Below are positions 27,291 to 41,043 of a stretch of DNA of 64,000 nucleotides, one piece after another. Location of the stretch: the NCBI GenBank assembly GCA_033442325.1, contig JAWQFM010000001.1:2440973-2504972 (forward strand), given 5' to 3'. The notes beneath the pieces are model-generated. The model ran no database searches and was not told the origin of the DNA. It saw nothing but the letters and a program-made list of their open reading frames with translations. Numbering within the stretch: the stretch's first letter is position 1; each line of letters begins with the position of its first letter. A program made the translations under genes and the position numbers. The DNA is from Salpingoeca rosetta (lineage: Eukaryota; Protista; Choanoflagellata).

Positions 27291-30153
27291 ATGAGTTTGC
27301 ATACGAGGAGTACAGATGCACTGATCGCCACACACACCGCCCCACACACATTCACACACATTCACACACATTCACACACTCTCTAATGCAGAACTCACCA
27401 CTCTTTCACTACTTGCAAGACGTGGGAGAAGTTGACGTTGAAGCAGAGGAGCATGTAAGCAGTTCATGGGCACACGAGCAGCAACAACAGCAACAACAAC
27501 AACAGCAGCAGCAGCAGCACAAGAACCAGCACTCGCGCGGGTTCACCGAGGAATCGTTCCGCTTTGGCGGGGCTCACGATGCAGATCGCTCATTGACGAT
27601 TGAGGGTTGGCTGCAATCATGGCTACGACGCGCGCGTTCATACTGGCAAGCATGGAAGCAGCTTCGAGCACGCATGCTCGTGCAGCGTGTGGCTTGGTGC
27701 ATCACGCGTTCCCCACACTTGCACGACGACGATGCCCTCTTGCTGCTGCAGATGGACGAGCAGCTGTTTGACGACAAGGGCTCCCCTGACCACGAGCACC
27801 AGCTCGGCGCCACAGCTGGGCGCAATGGCGGCTTCAGGTGGCCGCTGCTGCTTGGAAGTTTTGGTCGCAGCTGTTGGTACGTGTTGGGCCTCGGTGTCTC
27901 TGCCATACCAGCTACCTACTACACATGGCAGCTCCTCCGCTCGTCTTCTCCTTTGCCGTCTGGGTGGTCTGGGATTGGCGTCAACAGTCGGGCGACTCGC
28001 CGCATTCTTGTGGGTGCCGCCGCCGTGCTTGGCTGCACAGCACTCGCCTCGGTTGCCACCACCACTTCAGCCTGCCGCCGACTGCTAGCACGGGCGCCAG
28101 AGCACTCGTCCTTGGCTCTTCTGCAGCAGCTGCTCGAAGACCGACAGGCGTTTGTGATGACCTGCCACCGCGCTCTGTCCTCGCTGCAGCGCATCGAGCT
28201 TCTCCGCCGCGGCTTTGGCCTCGCTGAGCACATGCCGCCCATCTCCAGGATTGAGGCATGCGACCCCACCGCCGGCACGGCAGACAATGATGACAGCAGC
28301 AGCAGTAGCAGTAGCAGTGCTGTGGTGGCGTGCGTTGCGCTGCGCCACTGCTTGTGGTTGGCTCTCCTGCACTCCCTCGTGCGCGTGCGCCAACACACCC
28401 GCGCCATCCACGCGTCATACAGCTTGCACCCGGTTGCCGATGAGCCAACACGTGTGCTTGCCAGTGAACCGCTCTCTCGCCTCGGTACGCAGTGCACACC
28501 TACGCGTGGTGGAAATTGGGGTTTGTAAACTGCTCTGTTGGACTCGCATTGAACATCGAGCATGGTGACGGTTTACCTTCGGCTTGTTTTGCTGGCTCCG
28601 CTTCTCGCACACGTGTATCCACAGGAATCGATCACGATGCTACTACGACGCCTTCTCTGTCCGCACTCAAGGTGGCTCCTGTGCGTGTTTGTGTGTGTGT
28701 GTATATGTGTGTCTGTGTGTGTGTCTGTGTGTGTGTATATGTGTGTATATGTGTGTATATGTGTGTGTGTGTCTGTGTGTGTGTGTGTGTGCGTGTGCGT
28801 GCGTGTGCGTGCACGCGAAACCATATCTGTGTATGTGGGCGAGTGGGTCAAGCCGGCAGCGTGTCCCTTTGCCGTTTTGTGTCTGCGTTTCGTGCTACAC
28901 TGAGACCATGCCTGAGCTAATCTTACCGGTGTGGGCAATACGTGCTATTCATGAACAGACGCTGTTTGATGTCGAAGTCATGCACTTCTCCGAGCTTTTG
29001 CGGTGTGTGCGTGTGTGTGTGTGGTGTATGGCCACGTGCAAACCTGCAGAGTCTGTTTGCCTTTGCCTGTTCGGTCTTTTCATCCAACGGAGACAGCGAT
29101 TTATGCACAACTCGTACTTTCCCCTGCATGCAAGCGCCCACGTGCCCGAGCACCCAACCTCACATCCTGCAACCCCAACAAACACACACATTCACTCAAA
29201 CACATGTGCGCACATGCACACATTCGAGCAGGCGAGTTGCGCTGCAGTGTTCACCAGCTCTGTGCGTGTCTGCGGTGGAGGCGGCAGAAAAGGTGCATGC
29301 CATCATCACACACAGCGACACACTCGCATATATGCAGTCGCTACAGCGTGTCACGCGGGCTGTGGAGCTGAGCCACAACATGGAGCTCATATGGCAGGGC
29401 GAACCGCCACAGGACGAAGCGGAGGAACAGGAGCAACAGTGGCGGCAACAGCGCTTGCACATGCGATGCCGCACCCACGAAACGGCAGGCATGCACGTTG
29501 ATGATGTCCGTGGATACACCGCATATGCGCACCTTGCCGCAGACACGACGCTCACCTGCATGACGGCGGCGGCGCAGGTGAAGCAGTTGCACGACGCAGC
29601 CCTGCGGGCGTTCACGGCCGCGCAGTGGGACAGCCGCACTGCCAGGCGCGAGGTGGCCAGGGCCGTGAGCGGATTGCGTGCAAGCACGGCAAAGCTGGAT
29701 GCGCTTGCCGGCCAGCTTGCATCCAGCGTGGACACGTGGCGCTGGCAGCCACATGTGGACGGCGGTGACAGAGGTGCAAGAGATGGTGGTGATGTGGAAG
29801 GCGTTGTTGGCGGCGGCACTGGCGCTGGCACGGGCGCAGCCCAGGGAACGGCGGGCGCGGCGGTCGTTGTCTCTGTTGTAGACGACGCCGGTAACGTGCC
29901 GAGCGCAGCGGCATGTGAGCAGCCGTTTGATTACTTTGAGGCCGAGGCGCGCGGGCAATGCGAGGGCGATGACGACGACGACGACCTGACGGAGGAAGAG
30001 CGCACGGCACGGTGGCGGGCCCAGCGGGAGGAGAGACGGCGGCGGTATGAGCTGGAACGGCAACAGGAGCTGGCCAGGCAACAGCAGCAGCAGACCACCG
30101 TGCAGCTGCTCTCGGAACTCTCCACCGTCCTGCAAGCCTTGCCCAAGCGATAG
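27153..30153 (+). CDS. VEZT: Vezatin homolog, 5 exons
   Basis: MTDAAVVWK|NSPLFHYLQDVG matches the vezatin N-terminal VVFENSPLYQYLQDLG motif. Also two hydrophobic segments, LQRIELLRRGFGL (cf. IQETEVISRGF), and SLSALK|TLF....FSELLR|RVAL (cf. SLPALKVLF....SSEFFRRLAL). Confidence 0.85.
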
Positions 30154-30396
30154 CGAGGAATAGCGAGAGAGAGAGAGAGGGGGGGGGGGGAGGAGAAGGT
30201 CCAGAGCGGGAGGGATGGAGGGAGAGAGAAAACGGGATGGCGAGATTATTAATCGGCATAACATGTGCGTGTTTGCTGTTGTGATGTGAAATGATAAAGG
30301 CCGCAACAAGCAGAGGTGTTCCTTTTCATTGTCGCATGCAACGCTGAGACTCTTGTCTTTGTCCACACACACGCACGCACACACACACACACACAC

Positions 30397-30447
<51 letters not shown>

Positions 30448-30531
30448 TGTGCCGCGAAATGCAACAACCACAACAACAACACTGCCACAAAAATCCGCAT
30501 TCTCGACAACAAGCAAGCAGCAAGCAGCAAC

Positions 30532-33500
30532 ATGGGTGAAGCGAGCAGCGCGGCAGTTGCGGTGCTGGCCGAGCTGGTGCAGGAGGCAAGGGACGTGTGC
30601 CAGCAGCACCTGCAGCAGCAGACACAGCTGCACAACACCTTCAAGCACAGCATGGAGCGTGTGCTCCAGAAGATCAGCAAGCTGGAGAAGAAGGCACCGT
30701 CCTCACGAGCCGTGACCAGCAGCACAGCACACGCTGCCGAGAACGGGGACGCAAGCGGCTCCGAAGAGGAGGTTGTCGAGTACGTGTACTACGAAGTCGA
30801 TTCAGAGGCCGGCGATGAGGCAGAGGTTGATGACGAGGAAGAGGGCGAAGAAGAGGGCGCCGATGAGGAGAACGATCAGGACAAAGACGAAGACAAAGAG
30901 GACGAAGATGGTCCAGCCGTGAAGACCCAGACAACGCACCAGCACCAACATGCACAGCAGCTGGAAACAGGTGCACCCGCTGCCAAGGCGACAGCAAAGA
31001 CACCAGCACAAAGAGCGGGTGCAATCGCCAAGTCGGGGCCCAGGAGAACTGCTCAGTCGAAGCGCGCACCCGGGCACGAGTCGTCGTCATCGTTGTCGGG
31101 GTCTGAGTCTGGCTCATCGTACACGGGCTCATCTTACTCTGGCAGCTCTGGATCAGGCTCTGACGACGGCAGCAGTAGCGACAGTGACGACGGCAGCGGC
31201 AGCAACACTGACGACGGCAGCGACAGTCATCAGGAAGTTGGAACAAAGGCAAAGACAAAGGCAAAGACAGCGAGGCAGCGAACACCAGCAGCCAGCAAAG
31301 CCAGCGCGCTGGCACCACAGAAGCGCACGGCAAGGAAGACCGCCAGCAACGCTATTCGGCCTCCACCGTCACATCCATCTCAGGCAGATGAATCAGCCGC
31401 GGACAATACCAACACCAACACCAACACCAACACCAGCACGAATGCCAGCACGAATGCCACCACAAATGCCACCACAAATGCCACCAGCACTGCCGCTACT
31501 GACAGCGTTAGCGAGAGCATGGTCCCAGAAGAGTGCCGCAAGGTCCTCGACAAAGCCGCCGATGGCACGGCGACAGTGGACGACATTGGCACCTTCTTTG
31601 AATGGCGGAAGGACCTGCGTGAGGCCGCGTTCGACTGGTTCTGTGCAGAGAACCAGCTGCGAACACAGCACCCGCGATGGGGGAACATGTGCAAGTACAC
31701 AATGGCCCTGATCAACGGCGCGCCAGCAACTCCTGCTTCCGAAGGCGTGCGGACACACGTGCTCCACAACCTCAACCTCTTCATCAAGGATAAAGGCCTG
31801 CTCAGCGCGGAGGAGCTGCGCAAGTCTGGCCGGCGCAAGCATCGACACACACACATTCAGGGCGCCGACTTTATCTCGTCAGAGTACCTGAACATGTACA
31901 TTGCGCTGGAGAACCAAAGCAGCCGCAGCAGCAAGCGCACATCGTCCAAAGCGGCTGCGCGCAAGTCCAAGACGGGGGAAGCTGCCACATTGCCAAGGGC
32001 CAGTGGAGCAGCGTCATCCCCAAAGGCAGCACGGAAGAGCAGCAAGAAGACAACCCCCGTGAAGGGTGCAGCCACGACAGCAGCAGCAGGCAAGACCTCG
32101 CCCAAGAAGAAAGCAACACCGACCAGAGCGGGGAAAGAGGCGGCAGCCCCAGCGACCACACATGCGGAACCAGCAGACACCGCGACAGCAGATGCAGCGC
32201 CGTCAAGGTCGACCGCGAAGAAGCGAACAGCAAAGGGGGCGGTAACGCCGCAGTCCGCAAAGAAGGCCAAGACGTCAGCACGAAAGCAGACGGAGACAGA
32301 GACGGCAGTGGCAGGTGCTGCTGCTGGCGGTGACACGTTGGTACCTGTCCCGAAGAACAGACGGAAAACATTCACCGCTCACTTTTCAAAGTGGCCCGAG
32401 CTCGAGTGCCCCACATCGAAACTCAGTGCGTTGGTGTGTGCGTGTGCGTATGTGTGCGTGCGCGCGCGCGTGTGTGAGTGAGTGAGTGAGTGCGTGTGTG
32501 AGTGCGTGTGTGAGTGAGTGTTTGTGTGTGTGTGTGTGAGTGGGTAGGTGTGTGAGAGAGAGTGTGTGTGCACTGTTTGAGTGCGCTCGTTTGCGTGTTT
32601 GACGTGCACGTGACTGCTCACAGCTGCACCTGGTGATCCACAATGGCCATCACCACCTTTGCCGTGTGTGTATGTGCGTATGTGCGTTCAGTTGCGATTG
32701 CGCGGAAATCGCTTGCGTCCGATGTTCAGCCGCCGCCGCCTGACTGCACAGATGACTGTCTCCTCGGCGAAGCAAAGCGCTACGACAAAGAGCAGTGCGT
32801 TGGTGATTTGGCCATGCCGCTTCTTGTAATATGCTTGGTGTTGGTGTTTCACTGTGTGCTGTCCCTGTAGTCGTTCACCCACTTGCGTTGCCTGCCCGCT
32901 TGGCTTTGTCGATTGAATAACTGCGCTGACTTTGCTGGCTGTTTGGTCGGTTGGTCGGTTAGTCGGTTGGTGGGGCCGACGTGCTGGTTCTTCGCCTGCT
33001 CATACGTGTGTATGCAATATGGTTGTGCGCGTGCACATGTGTTTTTCGCTTGTGTGCACATTGGGGGTCCAGGCCGGCTGTGGCGTGCGACATTTGCGGG
33101 ATTATGTACCACAGCGAGTGTGCGGCAGAAACATATTTCGAGCACGCGGTGTGTTTGGTGTCAGCTGTTTCCTTGCTGAAGTTATATGTATGTGTGTGTA
33201 CATTCGTGAGAGAGTGTGTGAGTGTGTGAGAGCGTGTGTGGGTGTGCACGTGTGTGTGTATGAGTGTGTGTGTATGAGTGTGTGTGTGTATGTGTGCACG
33301 CGTGTGTACATTCGATGGTGTGTGTGTGTTTATACACATGTGTGTTCACATGTGTGCATCACCACCACTTCTAGCTCTTGTTTGCTCAACACCTTTTTCT
33401 GATTGATTAATCGCGCATCCCAATCATCGCTTCCCTTATGCTTGTTCTTTGCACGCCAACACCACCGCTGTTCTGGTGTCCTGCACACAGCCCGGCTTCA

Positions 33501-33739
33501 TCTGCCCGACGTGCAATCGGACCACGCAGGTGGACGAGTCGTGGATGCACTGCGCCCTCATCAAACTCAGGGTGAGCTCGTGTTAGACACGTGTATTTGA
33601 GGAAGGCGAACGCTGTTTGCGATTGTCGTTGCGGATGCTGTGCGGCGCAACAGCCTGTGTTCTGTGTTTCTTTCATCACTGTCTCGTGACTCTCACTTGC
33701 AACACACGCACACACACGCACACACACACACACACTCAC

Positions 33740-33805
<66 letters not shown>

Positions 33806-34288
33806 GCACACACACGCACACACACACACGCACGCTGCCCCACGCGTAGGAGTACCGCCTTGCGTCCGGCGTGCTTGCTCGGAAGGTGTTCAACACCTTT
33901 GATGAGAAGGCGCCAAACGCCAGTCTCGTGCAAGAGCCAATGAGTATGTGAAGTGGCGTGTGAACGTAGGCGTTCATTGCTTGCTTGTTTGTTTGTTTGT
34001 TTGTTTGTTTGTTTGTGTGTTTGTTTGTTTGTTTGTGTGTTGTGTTGTGGGTAGTGTGTGTGTGTGTGTTGCGTGTTTTAAAGTGTGTGCAGGTACATCA
34101 CTCACACGGTTGCGCTCATGCACCTTCAGGTTTCAATGTGATGCGCAGCAAGCTTAGCAAGCACGCGTACACCACTTGGGCGGATTTCTTCCGCGACATT
34201 GGTCTCATTGTCACCAACCACAGACTCATGAATCCAGACGTACGGTTCCGAATACCATGGCGTTGCGATTGTCGGCAGGCTGTGTACA

Positions 34289-34377
<89 letters not shown>

Positions 34378-34602
34378 CATCCCAGCCTTCATGTGCGATG
34401 ACCCAACGTGTCGACTGCTGCCACCACCATCATTCTGTCCACTGCAGCACATCCATCTCATCTCCGATCCCCTGCACGTCCCTGCTTGCTTGTCACGTGT
34501 GATGGGCAGAATCGTCGAGATGCAGACCAACTGCACATCCTGTTTGAGGCGCTGATTGAGGTCACCCGCAGTCGTCTCAAGGCCCTCCGCTCCAAGGACT
34601 GA
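30532..34602 (+). CDS. Chromatin protein with acidic and Lys/Ala-rich regions and a C-terminal PHD-bromodomain tandem, 7 exons
   Basis: Exons 30532-32425, 32692-32794, 33073-33148, 33491-33571, 33850-33943, 34130-34239, 34510-34602 join in frame. PHD: CTDDC...[12 protein letters not shown]...FICPTC. Bromodomain-like: [38 protein letters not shown]. Confidence 0.8.
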
Positions 34603-34807
34603 CGCGTTGTTTGGTTGTGTGTGTGTGTGTGCGTGTGTGTGTGTGTGTGCGTGTGTGTGTGTGTGTGTGTGCGCGTGTGTGTGTGTGTGCGCGTGTGTGT
34701 GTGTGTGTGTATGTGTGTGTCATGATCGGGTGCATGTGTGTGTGAGTTCTGGCGTGATAGAAGATCTGCATCCCATTATGTGTGATGCTGAGTTGTCACA
34801 ATTCTTG

Positions 34808-35379
34808 NNNNNNNNNNNNNNNNNNNNNNNNNNNNNNNNNNNNNNNNNNNNNNNNNNNNNNNNNNNNNNNNNNNNNNNNNNNNNNNNNNNNNNNNNNNNN
34901 NNNNNNNNNNNNNNNNNNNNNNNNNNNNNNNNNNNNNNNNNNNNNNNNNNNNNNNNNNNNNNNNNNNNNNNNNNNNNNNNNNNNNNNNNNNNNNNNNNNN
35001 NNNNNNNNNNNNNNNNNNNNNNNNNNNNNNNNNNNNNNNNNNNNNNNNNNNNNNNNNNNNNNNNNNNNNNNNNNNNNNNNNNNNNNNNNNNNNNNNNNNN
35101 NNNNNNNNNNNNNNNNNNNNNNNNNNNNNNNNNNNNNNNNNNNNNNNNNNNNNNNNNNNNNNNNNNNNNNNNNNNNNNNNNNNNNNNNNNNNNNNNNNNN
35201 NNNNNNNNNNNNNNNNNNNNNNNNNNNNNNNNNNNNNNNNNNNNNNNNNNNNNNNNNNNNNNNNNNNNNNNNNNNNNNNNNNNNNNNNNNNNNNNNNNNN
35301 NNNNNNNNNNNNNNNNNNNNNNNNNNNNNNNNNNNNNNNNNNNNNNNNNNNNNNNNNNNNNNNNNNNNNNNNNNNNNNN
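34808..35379. other. Assembly gap (572 N)
   Basis: Run of N characters, bordered on the right by (AC)n. Confidence 1.
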
Positions 35380-35466
<87 letters not shown>

Positions 35467-35515
35467 GACAACAACAACAAAACCCCCCCCCCCCCAACAC
35501 GTGCATGTGCCGTAC

Positions 35516-35819
35516 GTTTAGGACGCCTTCGTAAGCGCTTTCCATGGACTGGATGCGTTGCGTGAGCTGGGCGATCATGTCATTCTTCTCTCGGATGGAT
35601 TTGTCTGCTTGCTCTTTGGTTTCCGCCAGTGCTCGCTGTGTTACCTCTACACCAGCGTCGTCGGCAGTGACCGGCGTGTGAGCTATCAAAGAAGAGTCGG
35701 AGAGGTGCACAAGAGCCAAGGGGACACGGGCACGCAAGGGAAGCTCCAACGCCACAGAGATGGTAGAGTATGCGCTCAGGCTGGAGACACACCAAAGGTC
35801 AAAGAAAGGTCAAAAATAC

Positions 35820-35850
<31 letters not shown>

Positions 35851-36415
35851 CAGACAGACAGACAGACACACACACACACACAGACACACACACACAAAAA
35901 AAAAAAAAAACTTACACACACACACACACACAACAACAACTGACCGAGCTGGTCTTGGAGCACGCGCGTGTGTTCCTGGAGGTCCATGATGCGAGCCATG
36001 AGCTGTGACTGCATGAGTTTGTATTGTCGAGTCAAATCTACGCAGCCAGCCAGGGCCACAAGTGCATTTCATGGTGATAAGAATGATGTGATGGTGGTAG
36101 AAACAACACGTGCAAGCGTGCAAATGCATGCAGACATCATGCCTCCCACGCAAGGTCATTCGCCGACCTGATGTGATGTCCTGTGTTGTTTGGGTTTGAA
36201 GGTCCAAAGCGCCCTGTCGCTCGGTCAAGTTGTCTGTGAGTGAGTGCACCTTCTGGGTCGTACGGCGCGCCTCATCCCGCACCTCAGCTGCATGTGTACG
36301 TGTGTGAGCGCATGCAAAGTCAGCGCGACGTGGAACGAAAGGGCAGCTTCGAACAACCAAGGAGCATCCACGACGTACATGAAGCAAAATCACACACAAG
36401 CACACAAGCGCACAA

Positions 36416-36448
<33 letters not shown>

Positions 36449-36598
36449 ATTGAATTGCATTGTCTGACCGAGGCTGGTGCGAAGCATATCGGCCTCCAGT
36501 TGCGCTCTCTTTGTTGCATCCTCCTCTGTCAGTGCATTCTTGTCTGCCTTCCCGGTCTTCTTCTTCTTCTTCGTCCCCTTCTTCTTCTTGGGTGGCAT
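35516..36598 (-). CDS. CCDC153: Coiled-coil protein CCDC153 / dynein regulatory complex subunit DRC12; last exon probably in the gap
   Basis: MPPKKKKG...QLEADMLRTSL|AEVRDEARR...|DLTRQYKLMQ...|...MESAYEGVLN| resembles CCDC153 (LRRDEARR, EMSRQ, MEAKYEEIL). No stop codon before the gap. Confidence 0.75.
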
Positions 36599-36973
36599 GG
36601 TGGCAGGTGGTGTCGACTTCTCTGCTTGTTCGTTTGGTTTGGTTTGGTTGGTTTGTTCGTTTGGTTCGGTTGTTTGGTTTGTTGTATGGGTTGTTGGTTT
36701 GGTTTGGTTGTTGTTTTGTGGGTTGTTGGCGATCTGCGAAAAACACCCTCCAACAATCTCAAGGACGGAAAGGCTGTTGTCGCATGTGTGATGCATGCGT
36801 GCGTGTCTCGCAACAGTGGCACACATACAAGCTCAAGGTGGACCACAATCAAGGAATGGAGGGTTTGTCATGTAGGAGAAATGAAGGGGGAGGGGCTTGC
36901 AACAAACACGCAAGCACACAGATAAGCGACAGGCTGAATAGACGTGGGTGGAACCAAACACACAGAATAAACG

Positions 36974-37010
<37 letters not shown>

Positions 37011-37080
37011 ACAAACTGCAACTACGAAGCGTTGTGTGCGGTGTTGTGTGGTGTTTGCAGCGTGCTCTGGTGTGGGTGCG

Positions 37081-40000
37081 TTACTTGGCGCGCTTGCTGC
37101 TGGAGCTGCCCTCATCGCGATCCCTGTCAACCCCAAGCAGCAGGCAGTGCGTGAGTGCGCGCATGTGCGCGGAGGATGGGAGATAGCAGGTGGACAGGAA
37201 CGGCAAACGAAAAAGGCAGGAGGGAGGGGAAAGGAGGGAAGAAGAGTGCCATGAGGAGCATGGAGTTCACAGCACACATGCACAGAAACACAGACACATA
37301 GGCATACAGGCACACTGGCAGAGACACGTGGAGTTGGCATACCCTCGGCGTTTGCTGGAGCCCTCCTTTGCTTCGTTGAGGAACGAGCTGAGGCCAATAT
37401 CAAGATCGTCCGCATCGCTCTTCTTCTCAAACTGAGGTGGTGGAACATCAAAGCAAGCACCACATAGCGAAACGAAAAGAATGATGTGAGGTGAGATATG
37501 GTGAGGGGGGGGAAGGATAGCATCACATGTGAGACACGCACGGCAATTGCGCAGGCAATGGCAACCTTTGATGTCATGACACTCTCATTGAGCTCCCCCT
37601 CCCTCAACACATAGGCACTGTCACAACTCAATTCTCAACCACCTCAGCATGCGCAGCACAGCACAACACAGCGCAGCACAGCACAACACAGCGCAGCACA
37701 GCACAACACAGGTGCGGTACTCCCGCGGGTGTGTGGACGAACCTGGACGGGGCCAGAGGCGCGACCAGAGGCGCTGTCCGTGCCAGAGAAGCCCTTGTCT
37801 GCGCGGAAGCGATCCGTCGTACGCTGTACACGCACATGCATGAGTGGCGGTGGGTGTCGGTGATGGCACCACCACAAGGTGAGCATGTGCAGCAGACAGT
37901 GGCAAAGGGCACCCGAAGCACAAACAATACGCAACGCATACATGCACCTACATCAGAGCAAAACAGTCGACAGCATATCACTAAAACAAACACACACAAA
38001 CACACACAAACACACGCACACACGCACACGCAGACACACAAGCACACGCATGCACACACACAAACGCAGACACACACACACACAACACACACAACACACG
38101 CTGACTTACAATCTGCTCGTACTCCTCGTCGGCGTCGACTTCCTTGCGGCGGGTTGGCCTGTAGATGGACTGCGCCTGCGTGCCGCGCATGGGCTTGTCG
38201 TACACGTTGTACGAGTCTTCAGTACCAAACCCTGCGCTGATGCCGCCGCCCTGCCCAAACAGCCGCGAGTCATACGTGACGCCCTTGCTAGCCGGCCCGC
38301 CAAGCCCGAGCGCAATGCGCTCCGTCACGTCGCGCTCGTCGTCCCGCTGCAGCCGCGACCGCTTGTCTGGCGCCGCGTTGGCAATGTTGCGCTGCCGCCT
38401 AAACTCCCGCTCGCGCTCCTTGCGGATCTCATCGCGCTCCATCACGCCCTCCGCGTCCTCGGCGTCGTCGCCAGTGCGGATGCCGGCGCGCTGCTCGCGT
38501 GCGCGCTCGGCCATGCGGCGAAGGCTCTCCTCCTGTCGCTCCTTCTCCTTCTGCGCAGCACGCGTGCGAATCTCGTGGCGCTTCTGGATGGCAATGCGCG
38601 ACTCGCGCTCGGCAATGTACAGCGCCTCGGCAACCTTGGCAAAGTTGTCGTTGATGGTGACGTCCTGCAGGCCGCGCCCGTCCGCCGCCATGCGCTTGTC
38701 CAGCGGCACCGTAAACCCCTTGTGGTTCTTCCAGTTTGAGATGCAGGGCGGAATGTCCCAGCTGCGCTGCTCCTCCGCCGTGACCTTGCGCGGCGGGGAG
38801 TGCAGCACGGGCGCCGGCGGCGATGGCGGCCCGCGCGGGATCTTCTGGTTCGTGCGGAACTTGGGCGGCTCCAGCGGGTCAACCTGCTCGTTCATCATGC
38901 GGATGATGCGCTGCTGCGCGCCAGAGTTGTGCCCGCCGCCGCCCTGCTGCGGGGTGTAGCGGATGTATGTTGGGTCACGCTCGCTCTTCTGCACGTGGGT
39001 GGCGCGCGCGGACGCCACCTTGCCGTCAACCATCTTCGACAGCGCATCCCACGTCTCCTTGGCCGTGTCCGCAATCTCTTCTTCACTCGGGCCCTGATCA
39101 CCACACACACAAAAAGTAAGTGTGTGCCGGGGGGAGGGAATGACATGTGGGTGAGTATGAGAGTGTGTATGTGTATGTAAGCGTGTGAACATGCATGAAT
39201 TTGTGTATGAATTTGTGTACGAGAGAGACAGTGTGGGTGTGTGTGAGTGAGAGCGTGGATGTGTGTGCATTAACGTGTGGTGGATGTGTGTGCATTAACG
39301 TGTGGATGTGAGTGCATTTAACGTGTGGATGTATGTGCATTTAACGTGTGGGTGTATGTGCATTAACGTGTGGATGTATGTGCGCGTGTGTGCGCGTGTG
39401 TGCCAATGCGTGCGCGGTGCGTGAATGTGACAAAACACAGCTCTCAACACATCAGGTCGCTGTAACCCTGCGAGGCCATATAAAGTGCACAGTACCTGGC
39501 GTTTGTCATCATCTGCAGTCACGTCCGCAGGCATCAGGTTCTTGTGGGACGTGTGGACAATCTGCCGCCAACACAACAAGAACAAGCAGACGTGAACAAA
39601 GAATGACATTGGGGTCAAAGGCGTGGTCTGGGTGTTGTGGTTGAATATGCGAGCAGTAGCAGCCACAACGCGATGCATGACAGCGAAGAGGAAACGTAAA
39701 ACAAGAACGCAACAGAGCCATCATAAGTGCACGCACACCTCGTTCTTGTGACGGCCCTGCTTGGCCAGCGCGTCGTACTTGACCTTGCCGTCTTGGCCCA
39801 CTTGCAACGTCATGGTGGAGGACTTTTGCTTCTGGCCGCGCTTCAGGCCCATGCTCAATGGGTACTGTGCCATTGGAATCTCTGGGAAGGCACCGCCGTC
39901 TCCAAAGTCTTCCACCTTGCGCGGACGCCACCCATGCCGCTGGCCGTACGGAGGGATCTTGCTCGTTGCAATCGCCACCTACACAATGGGCATCAAAGCA

Positions 40001-40483
40001 GAGGACAACAGGAAGAAGCAAGTCGGCAAGGGGAGCAAGATGGTGGCCGAAGACATGCAACCATCACGGAACAACCGCGCGTGAGGGGAGTGACACCACG
40101 GTGTGGAGGTGGTTTGCTTCGCATACAACGAAAGAAAGGGGCTTGCGTGAAAACACACATGCACACACGCAAGTGCACATGCAAACACACACATGTACAC
40201 ACACACATGTACACACATGGACACATGTACACATGCACACATGCAGCACATGCAGCACATGCACACAGACCTGTGCAGCGGCAGCGTCGTCGTACTCATC
40301 CTCGTCCTCTTCCGAGGCATGGATGGGACGAGGAAGGAGGCTATGCACAAGCAACAACGTGAACGAGCGAAAAGGCGCAAGTGTCAGAGCTGAGCATCCA
40401 AAAACAAGTGAAGGCCGTTGGCAAACCACAAAGCAGGTACATGCCGCATCCATCCCATTCACACACCTGTTGAGTGTCGCCAT
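37081..40483 (-). CDS. SNW1: SNW domain splicing factor SKIP/Prp45, 8 exons
   Basis: PPYGQRHGWRPR..EDFGDGGAFPEI..AQYPL, YIRYTP, DPLEPPKF, PRGPPSPPAPVLHSPPRK, IPPCISNWKN, YDSRLF. Ends DRDEGSSSSKRAK*. Confidence 0.97.
39258..39383 (+). repeat. Minisatellite, about 5 copies of a ~24-nt unit (GTGCATT(T)AACGTGTGGATGT..), in an SNW1 intron
   Basis: Direct reading. Confidence 0.8.
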
Positions 40484-40719
40484 TATCGTCGTCTCTTTGT
40501 GTGATACGATGCGACAATGTGTTGTGACAGATGTGATCAACGTCGCAGAGAGCAGCTGGTCGGTTTGTGTCGTGTCGTGGTGGTGGTCGTTCGGTTTGGT
40601 TGCGGATAAATGATCAAGATGCCAGCAGTTTTTCCACAACTGGGCTGATGTCTTTTATGGTGTCGCTAACCGCAGTCAAGGGCGGAAGCTGCTCGCTTGT
40701 GTTGTGTTTTGTTGTTGTT

Positions 40720-40888
<169 letters not shown>

Positions 40889-41043
40889 CGGTCGTAAAGG
40901 GGAAAGGGACACGTCTTCTGCTGTAACACATGAAAGAAGAACAAACAAAAGGTGTGACGATTGGGAGATGCAACAGTCGGGAACGTCACATGACGGAACG
41001 TAACACATACCACGCCACATGTGAATGCAAACGAGCAGCAGCA

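Noticed and set aside
36600-36910. RFX X-box upstream of the ciliary gene CCDC153
   Set aside because: Only degenerate half-sites (GTTGTCG, GCAAC) are present, with no convincing full motif.
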